The notes under the pieces are model-generated. The model had not been told where the DNA came from and made no database searches. It saw nothing but the letters and a program-made list of their open reading frames with translations. Both the position numbers and the translations under genes were made by a program. Positions 39,690 to 53,900 of a stretch of 64,000 nucleotides of DNA are shown here, one piece after another. This DNA is from Lingula anatina (Eukaryota; Animalia; Brachiopoda): NCBI GenBank assembly GCA_051362555.1, contig CM120643.1, positions 15,536,644 to 15,600,643 of the forward strand, given 5' to 3'. Position 1 is the stretch's first letter. The number at the start of each line of letters is the position of its first letter.

Positions 39690-39949
39690 GGCCTGTTTCC
39701 ACATACTACAGCAGGAAATTTGGTCTAATTTTTTACAACCAAATTTAAGTTTATTCTAACCCAATATAAATCAGCAGCAGTCAAATGAAATATTGCTCCT
39801 GATTCATGCATAGAAAGGCAATGTTTCAAACCAATTACTTTATTGAAGTGAACTACTACGACTTTATCTCAAACTGAAATATGCCAAATTTTTAGCTTAA
39901 AAGTTAAGACCAATTCTCGGGCTAACGTTATCTTGTGAAACTTGTCCCC
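39690..39949. mobile_element. Second, more decayed copy of a similar MITE
   Basis: GGCCTGTTTCCACA ... TGTGAAACTTGTCCC imperfect inverted termini, similar length to 37533-37815. Confidence 0.3.
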
Positions 39950-40347
39950 AGGTTGTCATCTGCAGTCCCATGGTGTGGTTTTGTCTAAATCTGCACTGTG
40001 CGAGAAGAGACTCCCAAGTTCAGTTGCGTAGTTGCATGTTAATAAACTATGGTGGTATCAGGGGGCTGGAGTTCTTAGAGTAGACCTCTGGGGACGGGGA
40101 GGCGGGGGTGCCAAGTACAGCGTTACCAGCAAACTGGGATTTGATGAATATTGATAGAGGAAAAATAAAAGTCCATTGGGTTGTTTGGTGTAGGCTTGAA
40201 TAGACGCAGATATAGTTTCTATTTTAGGTTCCTTGCCCAAGCAGTGTGGATAGAATTCCATGAATGAATGGTTCATTCCTAGATTATATGTATTAAGAAA
40301 TTTCTCAGAATGAAGAAAATCATTGTGTGTATTCAAGTTTAATGGTG

Positions 40348-40901
40348 TTAAAACAACACACATTCGGGCTTAAGTCACCTTTATTCCTACACCTCTAAAA
40401 CTACTGAACAAAGGCACAAGATACATGTAATAGTAATACAATTAAAAGGCCCAGTGTCTTTGGCACGATAACTTCCAGAGGGGGAGGAAAAGAAAGAAAA
40501 AAAAAATTATACAGTTAACACATTGCAAAGTTCATAAAATCTACGCTGAGCTGCGATGGCTTGCTGCTGCCGCTGTGCAGTTTAAAGCTGTGAGTGACCG
40601 TTGGGCAGTTTCACGTGACCAAATATCCAAACGAGGCAGCTGATGTGATTGGACTGGCCACTGGTCAGTTACACGTGACCACTGCATGTTAGAACAAAGA
40701 GGATGCAGGGATAAAGGTCCCTATGCAGCCCTCCTGTGTGAGTTTTAAATACCATTTAGTTTAAATGGGCACTTAAAACAACACACATTCGGGCTTAAGT
40801 CACCTTTATTCCTACACCTCTAAAACTACTGAACAAAGGCACAAGATACATGTAATAGTAATACAATTAAAAGGCCCAGTGTCTTTGGCACGATAACTTC
40901 C
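40348..40901. repeat. Perfect 129-bp direct repeat pair (40348-40476 and 40773-40901) with 296-bp spacer
   Basis: Both copies read ttaaaacaacacacattcgggc...ggcacgataacttcc with no mismatch seen. Confidence 0.95.
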
Positions 40902-41631
40902 CCAATCCATATTAGGGAGTTTACTATTGCAGGTTTTTGAAATAGTACTTGCAGCCATGTGGAATTGTATTTTTGGGAAAAAAAGTGTTGAAACTATAGT
41001 ATACCTTCAGTATTCTTTATTTCATATTTTTGTCATACAATTTAAAGGTGGACAGTTTGATTTGGTCATTGTCCAAGTTTGTGTGAAAACCAGGGCTGCC
41101 ACCAGGGGTCTGAACAAGATATGCTGATATTATGTTTTACTATTGACAATACGTAGATTTATGCTTTAAACAAAGGACAACTATTGTTCAGAAGATACGG
41201 AAATGAGTTTGGTTATCAAATAATCGGTGTAAGGATTGCAGGGTTTATAAATTTTACATTGGTAATAAAAATGTATGCTTTACTTCATTTGTATTTTTTA
41301 AATTAATAATAATGATGTTGTGCCTACTGATGCAGAAGATACCTAGAGACCTATACGTCATGTTACTGCTTTTGAATGACTTTTATTTTATTTTAAGGCA
41401 AATGCTGGTAATACTTTAGTTAATTAAAGAATAGTACGCTATGGCACTTGAAATTACTGAGGGCGCTGTGTGGCAGTGTTCTGGGTACCAAGAGAAAGTC
41501 AACTGAAACCTAATTGTTGCGTGGCGGAGAAATTATGAATGATTGCACGAACAGCAAGGGATTTGATTAACCTAAACACAAGTTCATGTTTGGAAAATTT
41601 ATTGTAGAAGTCGATGGAAAGATATATAGCA

Positions 41632-41677
41632 GTCTGCCTGTCTGTCTGTCTGTCGTGTGTCTGTCTGTCTGTCTGTC
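41632..41677. repeat. (GTCT)n microsatellite, interrupted
   Basis: Read directly. Confidence 0.85.
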
Positions 41678-43976
41678 AAAGTATGTCACACTCTTCAAGT
41701 GTATTTCACTTTCATTTCTTTTTTCTTAGGTTAAAAGGCAATAGCTCAAATTTTTATTTTCATATCATTTTATCTTCTATTTCACAAAGATACTCTGTCA
41801 GTATTTTCTTTCCCCTTATAGCTCTTTTTTCTCGAGGGAAAACAAATTGCTTGATTGGTATGGGAGTCACCTTAAACTTCGAACACGCCGATTACGTGAC
41901 AGCCCTAGAGTCAGAAGTCATCGAGTATGATTTTTTGACAGATTAGTCGTAATTATGGAGAAGTGAATGGCCATGTCTACTACAGCCTTCCATGTGTTCA
42001 ACATAGCTTTGGGCTCAGGCTGGTGTAACCATTGTCTAAACCAAATATCTCAAACGTTTTGACCAGGTCAGATGTTTCGACAACATCAATGGCAAAATGG
42101 TTCCAAATCAGTGACATTTTTTCTCTCATTTTATTCAGAAAAACTGGAGTATTTTGAGTCATTGGAGAAAATAATTTGACAAGGTAATGCTAGCGTGAGT
42201 ACGGAAGGCTGGTGACATACGCTGCTGCACCAAGGAGACCCGCACTAAATAACACCGAAGTTCAATTTGTTAACATGATAGGGGATTGTTAACACGCTAG
42301 CAACACCTCTTCATTTGGCCTCTGGCCCAACTCTGATGGTTTAAAATATGGAGAGGATCCATTTGTGCATGTAACAACTTTGCTATGGCCAAGAGCAAAC
42401 TTTTAAAACTCTTTTTGGGTCTTTATAAACCATTGGGTAAGATTGGAAGTTGGAGTGAGCAACGGAAATTAAGTTTGAGATACATAAATTTCCCAAGGGG
42501 TTATATTTTTAGAATATTTTATCTAGATGTGAGTAATAGTAGTTTGAGAGAGAGCAAGAGAGAGAGAGAGTACCATTTAGAAATTTAGAAATAAAAAATA
42601 CTTGGACTTTACATGTATAATATTTGATTTTAAATCTATTGTAATGGATAGATATGATTGTTATTAAGTGATGTAAACTTAAAACTTTTCAAAAATTATG
42701 ATCAGAAATATTGATTATTTTTATATCAAAGTTTTCACACCTTAAGTTTCATAAATAGTTGAAAAAAAATAAACATTTGATAATGATTAATTTGTCCAAG
42801 TCTGGCTTGGACTTTGCCATCATCTGACATTGTGGTCACCTGAGTTGTCACCTGATTGATAAAATGTATCCTTTTCTCTGATTGGTAAAAAAAAATCATT
42901 GATATTGTCCTTGGTCCATATCATGTAATAATCAGACCTATAATTCAAAAGTATAAGATTATAATCTCTGCTCATTATGTAAAAATGATAAATGATGGAA
43001 AATATATAAAAAGATTTAAAAAAAAACATATTTAGTTATAAATTAGTTTAGTCACTTCAGTAAAGAAAGCAGGCAGCATAATATAAGAACATGAAAACTG
43101 TTATCCAATTGTAAAAAAAAAAGTACATCTGAAAAACTGAATAGATGTGTTTCAAAAAAAAATATAAGACCGGTAAATTTTTTAATGGCCCATTGTTGCT
43201 GTAGGTGTTGAGTTACGGCTATTTAACAACTGCGGACACCATCAAGGTGCTGCAGTGACATATGTCGCCTGTCGTAAAAACCATGCTATTACTGATCTGG
43301 GTCAGGGGTCAACAAGTACAAATGTGTCTTGGTGCACTGGTATATGGCAATCTATGGAACATGTCCAACATTATGAGATGAACATTTGACAAGCGGTTAA
43401 AAGAAGAACCATAAGAAAGATGCATTGATGAGGGTTAATTAGGGGGATCACTTTTTTCTTTCTTTCTTTTTTTTTTTTTTTTTTTAAATTTCCAACAATA
43501 CATCTGTCTTGTTGTAATATTGAGATACAAAGTGGAGTCAATAAAATGAAATGATTTTGAAAAAAATGTAGGTACATTTTACTTCAAAGGCACAGTTTGA
43601 AAGGATATGTGTAATAAGAGAAAGGTGCTTTTTTTCACTCACTTTTTTTCCTAAACAAGTTATGAAATTGAGTCAATAAAATTGGCCACATCTTGAAAAG
43701 TGTTTAAGGAGAGCATATTTTCATCATAAGTGACAATGTGAGAGGTGAAAGGAGATCGTTTTCCTTGACTGCACTGACAAACAACAATCACATCAATTTG
43801 ATAAGAATTTAACTGCCAGTTGTACAGATATAGAATCTAACGCCCCATTGCACAAGGTGGGTCCCGAAGGGGAGGGGAGGGGGAGTGTGATTTCTTCCCA
43901 GTTTGAATAATAATTGCAAACTGATGACACAAATTATTTTCCAGAAACCAAGTTGGAATATCTCTAGAAACTCCCC

Positions 43977-44008
<32 letters not shown>

Positions 44009-44949
44009 GAGAGAGAGCTAACTTTGTACAGAGCTCAGTTTAGTGTAGGCTGGTCTACACTGATATCAGACATAGGGATTAATTGCTAAATCTGTTAATA
44101 TGTTTCAGAAACAGATTGGTTATAATTTAATCTATTTGTGATTCTGACCAAGGCTTATACCTTCAAAAATCAGCATCATCATTGTGAGAATTTTTTTGAA
44201 AATCTGCAAAATTTTATATAAACTTGAGGGCCAAAAAAATTAATTTACCATGATTTTACCCTCAATAGATAAAGTTTTGTAGGTGTCACATTTAGCTCAC
44301 CATTCCCATCATCAATGCCCATTTAAGTTAATTGAAACAAAGAGTATGACACTTGTTATATAGTCTCTAAGTCAATTATATAGATGTATACCACTTGGTT
44401 CTGAAATATAGCTGCCCATTTGATATGTGCAATGCAGAGGAATTTCATATTTGAAATTCAGATTGCATAAAGTTAGAATTGTCACTACAAGAATGCTTTG
44501 TCATTTGGCCCCAGGATATGGCAGAAGTCAAAGGAAGTGCTATAGTTGTAGAAGAGAGTAGATAAGGGAGTCTGACGTGGATGTCTGCTCAGGACGGTGC
44601 TTATGCAAAGAAAACTGGTTATAAAATTTTCTATGACTTAGACTTGTAGAAGTGCCCCTAAATGATTGGGTCACATGACTCACATCAGTAACCATGTGGG
44701 TAAATTTAAAGCTTTTTACCACTGATGTCGAGGGAGGGATATCAGATACATTGCATACAGCTACAGTTGAAAAAAGATAAAAAAAAAAACTTCACTGACT
44801 CCTGCCAAGAGGAAGTTGAAGGCAGTTATACTTTAATGAGGTGTACATATTTGTGGTGGAGCGCATCTTTATTGCTCTCTTTGAACTCGTGTGGATGATT
44901 ATGTCTAAATATCTATTCCTACTCTACCTCTGACTGAGCTGGTGAAAAT

Positions 44950-44951
<2 letters not shown>

Positions 44952-44980
<29 letters not shown>
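44952..44980. repeat. (TAA)n microsatellite
   Basis: Read directly. Confidence 0.9.
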
Positions 44981-47900
44981 GACTAATACATAACCATTAA
45001 TTAATCAATTGATGGATCTTCACCATTTGTGACTTAAATTGAAAATTTCATCAAAATCTGTCCATAAATCTTTTGCATTATGCTTTTAACAGAATAAGTA
45101 ACTAACAGCCAGCAAAACATTACCACAGTAATACACTCCAGACAATATGTTATACATATCTAATCTACACAAACAACTTTCTAGATATAAAACTTAGTCA
45201 TGACAGTAATAAAGCTATGTGTTGGAAGAGGCAGCATATGAATATTTTGTTCCTTATCCCTGCCAAAGTGGTAATGTTTTTGGTTAGGTCATTTCTCCTC
45301 TGCCCTTCTGTCTATAAGTGTATCCACTGGTCAGCTTGATATATAGCACTGCTGGTTGTTTTGTCTTTCCTTGCATTTAGGAGTATCGATAGATGAATTT
45401 GGACCCATTCATTTTGTATCATTTTATGATTTTGTATGAGGTTTTGTATGAGTTTTTGTGATTTTCGTTAAAGACCAAGTGTCGGATTTTTTTTATTTAG
45501 ACTGTGGATGCAACTGACTGTCTTGATAATTAAGTAAAAGCATCCTATAATGATGGTTATAATGACGGTAAGATTATACATATGCAGCAAAAAACGTGTG
45601 CTACACTGCTATGTTGCAGAGACTTTTTGAAGATATGTGAAAAATGTCTTGATTAATTAAATACGGTCATTGCAAATACCGATAATTGATATTTGTCAGG
45701 GTATTTGTATGGATAGTAAATAGCATTTTTTGTTGATAAGAGAAAAGAAAACATGTTTCAAAGCAAACAGAAATGCTTTAAATCAGAGATTTAAAGAAAA
45801 ATGTATATAATAGGCAGTGCTTTCTCAGGTGAAAATTTATGCCTTGGTAAATACTCTCAAGTTTCATACATAATTTATTCCAACTTTTTTATTTCAAATT
45901 TAAAAATTTTATTTATTCACAAATAAACAACTTTTTCACTGAACAATCCCAACTATATTCACAGATTTTTAATAACAGATATTAAAAATTTATAAGCAAA
46001 ATATGTTTCATATGAAATTATTGAGAAATTACCATATATTGTTCCTACAGGACTTTTTTTAAAGATGACTGATGTCTGGAAATATAAAATGACTTCTCCA
46101 AGGAAGATTGCCAGTAGAGCAGTACACCATGAGTCAATCTGAACTTGTTTACCGAAACATTATTTGTTTGATGTATTTATATTTTCTCATAAATTCATTG
46201 ACTGTTTTAAAGTCTGATGATTTTTTGTAATCTAAAAAGTTGTTTAAATTTAGGCAGCATTTTTGTTTTGAGACTTAATCAACTGATTGCACATTGCTGT
46301 GGATTTTTAAACATAGCTGGAAGTAGGGCTGTTTTTCTATATTGCAGAGCTTGTGATAGATAAATCATAATGTTTAATTGAAGTAATGATCCAGAGTTTT
46401 TTTTAGATAAATAAGATTCTTTCAAGAAGTTGGGGGAAAAAGTTTTGGCAGCATAAGAAATTCATCTGCTTCCTGACATAACTAGGCCATCTGTGACAGA
46501 CATGCAATATTTTGGTAATAAGTGAAAAAATTAATGACAAGATTGATACATAGTTCACAGAGCTCATGTCTTTTCTGTCATGACTGATCTTGTAACTATA
46601 TTTAGTGTCTATATGCATTTATGAATCATACTTTATACCTGTAACTCACTTTCAGTATGCAAGTACTATATGCTGATTGCGTAAAGAGAACTTATATTTA
46701 ATGTTTACAGGTTTTTGTTGTGTGCCTTTGCACATTACCAAGAATTGGTACATTAATGAACCGAATTGAATCGTCAATATTATACATTGATTTATACATG
46801 TAATTATTGTTAATCACACTATCATCATGTAAGTGGTCCATCTGCACTTTTTGAGAACCACATTGTTGTCACAACATCTGAGTTGATACACATCTGTCAT
46901 AAAACATATTGCTACCTTTTCACTTCTTTCCATTCATTTGATGGGTAAAAATTATCATGAAATAAATAACTTTGAAATAGGGAGAGATTTTTTCCATTAA
47001 CCTTATATCATTTATTTATATTAAGTGAATAAGTTCAAATGTCCAGCATGGGTCTTGTATATCAACACATGTAGAATTCTGGAGAAGAGAGCAGACGTTG
47101 TATGCGACCATTTGTACACCTGTGGCTCACTACAAATTGCTCGTCAGCTTCCAGGGGTGCAGACAGCTTGTTGGACCAGATGCTCTATGATCAGACGTAT
47201 CCCATTCTGTTCTACAGGATAAGCTGCACCGAGTAGCCTCAAACCTTGGATCACCTCTCACTCGCGGGTCAGCCTCCTTCTGGCAAAACTATGTGCTGTC
47301 GTAGAGTTATAGAGTAGTGTATGTGTGTAGATATACATCATACAGTTGAGGCTAGTTCAGACAGGGTTTGTGGTGAATCGGTTTTCTTTGTCTACACTGT
47401 GTCACAGTGGATGTCCAATTTAGTGTATCAGGTATTTCATGTTGGGGTTACCTTGAAGAGTTTCTGTGCAGAGGATGGTACTGGTATTATAAAGATATCC
47501 CATTGTATGTCAGTATCAACAGGAGAGTCAAACAAATCCATCTGAGTGAATCAGGTATTCGGTCTGAAAGAATCCCTGTCTGAACTGACCCCTTGCCTCT
47601 TCCACCACTTGAGGGCAGAAGAATTTCTTAGATAATCAGCTTATTCCACTTTTTATATACCTTGAAATTTATCTTCCTGTTTTGTTTGAAAAAAAAGATA
47701 TGGGAATATAATGGGCAGCTGGGTTGGACATACATGTACACGTATTGAGCATCATGAAGAGGTGACAACTCATTTCATGATATTCTTTTAATTTTTACGT
47801 GCACCTATCAATTTTCTTTGTTTTTATAGGTCATGCTGTTGTTGAAAAGATTAAAGATATATTTTTTTTTGGCACAGGGGTTTTGATATAGTCAAAACTT

Positions 47901-50900
47901 GGAATACTAGTGAAGATTTAAGAAAAAAAGAGGAAGGTTCATGGAATGTGTTTGCACTTAAAAGCTATAGTTTTGGTGTAGTGCAGATGTCACCTTTACC
48001 TGCAGGGCTGAGTTCTTAAGTACACCAAGAAAAGCTGTTTGGCTCCTTTCTCAATCTTTTGTCATTTTTAAAAATCTTACAATAATTTTTCCCATCACGC
48101 CAGTTTTTCATGGTGATATTTTTTATTATTTTTTAAATCTTACTTTCATTGGTTGAGTTATTTATTTCTTCTGTGCTTGTTTTAGCAACATAATTGGGCA
48201 ATATAATTGGGTTTTCAAAATGTTTACAATTATTTTGGATTTTGTGTAAATCTGCAGTCTCTTTTGGTTGCTGAATAAGCATGATGGCTGCTTTATTTTG
48301 GAAACATTGCTGCATTCTCAAACAAGCATTTCTTATCTTTGGTTTTTTTTCCAGTGTTTGTCCATCTGTCGTTTTAATTCATTCACTTTCTTCCTCCCTC
48401 TATCCACAAATTTAATTTAGCCTTCTAGTAAAGGTATGGTTTTTTTTTTTTTTTTTTTTACATGCAATAAAATTTCTTTTGTAATAGAAACAGAGCAATA
48501 TTTCTTTTGCCCTTTTAGATAATTTGCCATCAATGTCTTTAGTCCAAGTAAAGTTTAGTTTTTGTTGATGATTAGAACATGCCAGGTTGAGGACACACTA
48601 GAAGTCCGTGGAAGAGAAGTTTGTCAGTTTTTCTCAGGTAGTACAGCTCATGTTCGTTGACTTATGTGTCAAGAATAATTCCTCAGTCATCTTCTAACCA
48701 AATTGGATGAGTGGAATATTTATCTGAAATTATCCATGTTCTAACACCAATTATGTATATTTGACCTGTGGTCATCGTGTGTTCAAGCATCAAAGGAAGC
48801 CATTTGAACTGTCCATCAGTAAAGTTATGTACTGAGTTGCGCTCTTAGGACGTGACTTAGTTTTTAGCATGATGTACAGTTGTCTGTACTAAGAGATCAG
48901 GGTTAAGTTTTATGTTTATACATAATTAGGAAGAACATCTGTTGATTCATAAAAATAGACCAAGTGTAATAGCTAGACAACGCAGTTTTATGTTGACATA
49001 TGAATTATAGTGATTTCCTAGACGTTGCTTTTATTTTTAAACATTATTTCATGCATTTAAATGTTATTAAAATAATCATTTGTAAAGATATATTTTGGGC
49101 GAAATCTTCTGTGTACTGGAGATTTTGAGCTGCATATGCAGTGTTTTCTTATATCATTTTGGCTGCAGAAAATGTGCATTTTAATTTTCTCTCTATCAAA
49201 ACAAACAAACAAACAAAAAAAAATGATATCATTCTTTTTTGATCAGTTGAGACCTGACATATTTTAAATAAGGAAAAAGGTTCATTTAGAGAGATATTAC
49301 ATACATGTGTTTGACAAAAATGAAAACTAAACAAAATTAATTCCAAGAAGAAATGAATATCTCTTTAAGATGGCTACATTTATATGAACAGGACTGTGAT
49401 ATAGCTGTAAGGAAAGGTAACACAATTCACTGACTGAATTCAAATATAAAGTGAATAACAAAGACAGCTGAGAGTCTGTGTATATATACATCAAGCTCTG
49501 TGTTCCCAAGCTATCAGGGGAGGGCCAGCCACCTGATTCTATGAGAGAACCAGTGTTTGCATGTGAAGATGATATATTCTAAGCGCAGTTAAAACTGGTG
49601 TCTAATTCTGTCACTGGATCTCTTTTTACTTAATTAAACTTTTCAGACTTATAGAAATGGTGTAAAAGTAGCCTTGCCAGGTTCAGCTCCCGACAGCTTG
49701 ATATTGTCCCTGAGCCTCACTGGAAGTTTCTCTTTATCTCTTTCTTTTCATGTTTGATATATACTTTTTTGACTTTCTTGAACTTTTGAAGTGTTCATTG
49801 CTATCTTTTTTGTACCAGATTTTTTTGAAGCTGGAGGGGAAACAGTTTTTATTCAAATCTGTCCAGAGGTCCATGTATATATATATATATTATTTTGGGG
49901 AGAGACGGCAAATTTGAATATTTGAACAAAAAAGAAAAAAATAATTTTTCATATGATTGGTATTCACGTGTATAAGTAGAAAAGGTATAAATGATCCTTT
50001 TAGAGCAAAATGTGTCCCCTGTGAAATATATACTAGTAAGAGAATAATCCCTATTACCTCTTTGTTAAATACTTTAGTAAGAAGCATCTTGATTTGTCAG
50101 TTTTGTGATTGAACACAGAGTTGTGATGACAACTTTGCCCCTTGGTTCAACCCAGCGTTCTGTTGACTAGCTGGGTTGTTTGGGAAACATGGAAAGCCAT
50201 GTGGCTCTCTGTGGCTGCATTGGTAAAACACGGCAAGATCTGTTTCCAAGACACCTTTCCTTGCTCCAAATAAGGAGAACGACAGAAAAAAGGTCAAAGC
50301 ATAAAGGAAATCGGCAATGAAAGAAAAGAAAAGTGATTAAAAACCCAAGGCCAATTATGAAAGATGGTATCGTTTGTTTTTTTAATGCAGTTGTGCGCTC
50401 TTGATGTAATATGTCAGAGGGTTTCATTGGTTGCCTAAAGAAATGATTGTTGTGCAATCTTGTGATGCAACCTCTATTTTTTTCGCAGCCGTAGGTTATC
50501 TCTTAGCTTGAATTGAGGTCATGTTATTCTGTAACCTTCTCCCTGCCGACTGCGTAGCAACTGCCTATCAATAGCAAGTCTGGCGGAATAGGTCAGAGCA
50601 ATGGCTGCCAAAACAGCTGCGTAGAACTGCAGCGTTTAAAGATGGCAGCATTGCATCCTAGCTTTTGCTACGTAACATTGATCAGAGGGTTGGGCGTCTG
50701 GACTGGTACAGGCCACCGACTCATATTAATTTCCGGATTGCTCAGAGAGAAATCCACTGTACAGTGTATGTATATTTTTTTTCGTGACGTGGTTCGATAT
50801 TAATTTCTAATTAAATATCTTTTGGATTCTAGACCGAGCTGTATTTTTGTGCTCTCAAAAGCCAAAAAAATAATTATAAATTGATATTTTAAAAGGCTTT

Positions 50901-53900
50901 TGGCATTTTTACCTGACAACAGTTCTTTTGTCTTGTAAACTTCCTGCGCACTTCCTACACAGTATACAAAGAACACGGAGTCACGAATCATTAGCGAAGA
51001 TCATAATAGCTCGCCATCATCATCATTATTTACTAGTAAGGCTAGTACTGCCTCTGTACATTAGAGTTTCAAATTAAAGACTTGATTTTTCATAGAAGTA
51101 ATATAATCAGCTCATTATGTCAAGAAGTGTGGTAAAGACTTGGTATCAGTTACAACATACGATGCCCAAAACCCACTGGGAACTTTGTGCTATGCTGCAT
51201 GATGGATGACTGGCTCTCTAAACCATCAGCGTGAGTCGTAGGACTCTCTAGGATCAGGTGGTCCTCGATGATTGTTACAAGATTTATTGAAAATCTCATG
51301 TCTTTGTGATCGGGAAGCTTGGCACTGCTATCAATGGAAACAATACGTGACTCGGCGGAGAAATTTGTTCTTTTGAACTGCACACATTGACATGTGATGA
51401 ATTGGTGTTGAGCTGATTGGGAAATGGCTGCCGGCCTGGAGATCAAAACATCCCTCACAGATAATACTCCGCGCTCTACCCACCACCTTTGAAGGTCCCT
51501 TCTAATATGCAGCTCTAAAATGAATTGGAAAATAATGACCCTGGAAATTAAGGGAGAGAAAAGAAAATTAAAATATTTGGTTATTAGTGAGAAAAAAAAG
51601 TGGCCGACCTGCAGTCTTTGTTATTATGAGGAGCTGGGGTGACAGTATGTTCTTTGATGAGGCTTGTTAAGGATGAGAGATTAGAGAGCAGACATATGTG
51701 CTGAATCATTTTGTATTTCAATAGAAATGTCAAATGAGCTATTGCTTTTTTTACATTAAATTGGCATTTATTATAACCCTTACAGAATGGTGTTGTTTTT
51801 TTTTTTCTGAAAAATATTGGTGGGTGTTTTTGAAGAGAAATAGATAGAAATAAAAACTAATTCTGGTCCATTCAAAACTGTAATTTTTTTTAACACTTGA
51901 AGAGTTATGAGTTGGATAATAGGAAAAAAAGATAATATTCATAGGTTACCAAGTTAAGGTAAAGAGATATGTCTGCCATATTTTATTTTTCTTACTTAGA
52001 AACATATTTGGTATTTTCCATTGAAAACTTTAACACTGCAACAGAATATGTGTATCAAAACAACATTGCAAAGAACAATGAATATGCGTGTTTGTGGCTG
52101 AGATAATCTGTTTTTTTTTTAATGATCAGATGATGCCTTGGCATATTTTACAATTTTCCTTAATCAACTCCAGCATGGACATTGAACATTATTCAGATAA
52201 TAAATATTGGACATAAAGAAATTTACAACTTGAAGGGCTAAGTTTCAAATATTGGGTATAGAGGTTTACTATACTCATATTGAATTAATTAAAATAAGTG
52301 AATAATTGATAAGTTAAAAAAGGAAGTTGTGAAGAAATTGTTGGCTAAATTTTAGTTCAGGTAGGTGGATAGTTGTATTGGGTTATTTCAGGTAATTTGC
52401 AATAAGATCTTTTGTATAAACCACACACAACCATCTCACATTATGGTATCCTTAAGAATTGCATGCTGGGGGATTCCTCTTGATATATTGCCAAATAATT
52501 GTCAGATTTTGTTCCCAAATTAAGTAACTGTTGATTGGCCCAGTAGGAGTTTTGAATATAGTGAGTCCTCTGACAAAGGTGGTAAAATGATAACGTGAGG
52601 GACGGCAATTTGTAGAGGCCCAAGATGACAAAAGCTAGGCTTGTAGCTACCGGTGTCTCTTACATTTGGTGTACAGTACATTATTGTATTGTCATAATGG
52701 GGAAATTTGAAGCATACATCACTGTGTCTAGGCATCAAACTGGGGGGTCCTATCATCATTAAGTCTTAGTATTCCCTGGTGGTTTCATTCTGTTGTTTTT
52801 GCGAGGCCCATTTTAGTTTTTCTGAAACAGTTTTAACTTGGAACTGGTGTGAACCAACCTCTGTGCTCGATCTGTATGCATTACAAGGTTAAAGTGTTGT
52901 TCTAGCATTGTGATGCTCATTGTGATAATTATTTGTTTGATGAAAAAAACTCATCAGAATCATATGATAGATTGCTTTAATTTAATAGTGTTTGTTTTTG
53001 ATATCTAATGTTGTAAAGTGGGCTCAGGAACATAAAGCAGGTGCTCATTTGTGTCGTTCATTCAGGCTCTATATATATATATACAAGGGGATTGGAAATT
53101 TAATGTTTTTAATGCCCATACAGTTTGCATTCATCACTAAAATTGTAATGAACTGTAGGTGAACATAGCTGCTACAATTCAATATACCATTCACTACATA
53201 TTGTGAAGTAGTGCATATTTATATTTTTTTGGGGTAAATGGATCTTTTAGCTTGGCTTGATTTGCCATTGGTTTTTTATTGTTTATTTGTTGTTGTTTGT
53301 TACAGTTTGACATAGAGAGAGCATTCTTACTTACCAGTAATAACTCTGTCTTTTCAATGAGCAAAAATGATCTAACTTTCAGATACATAATTTTATAATC
53401 ATAAAAAATATATTTCTGTATAGCATTTGTGGTGCTTTTACTACCTACAATATAACTATAGAGTAACCTGCTTTTTAATTTTGTTGCTATTCCTCTATAG
53501 GAATAATCTAATTTTAAGCAACTTTGACTTAAAATATGCAGTATTTGTAAAATTCACAATTTTTCCCTATTGAAAAGATTGAGTAAATACCGTACTCAGC
53601 AACATGTATTCTCTCTCACTCCTCAGTCACAATTCCTCATAAAAATATCTACAATGAATCCAGTGATCAACATATAGTTTACAAATGTCACCTTCTGTTA
53701 CAAAGAGAAAAATGTGTGGGAATAAGATGCTGTAAAGCACATAGTGCAAATACTACTTGATTATTATTTCCATGTCCAAAAACATTGCATGTCAGGTGGA
53801 GCATGCACAGCATGTGTCCAGTGTGTCATTTCGTGATGGCAGGTCAGCTCGACCATGCTTCTTTGCATGCACACGTACATGCAAAGTCCTGTGACTGGTT

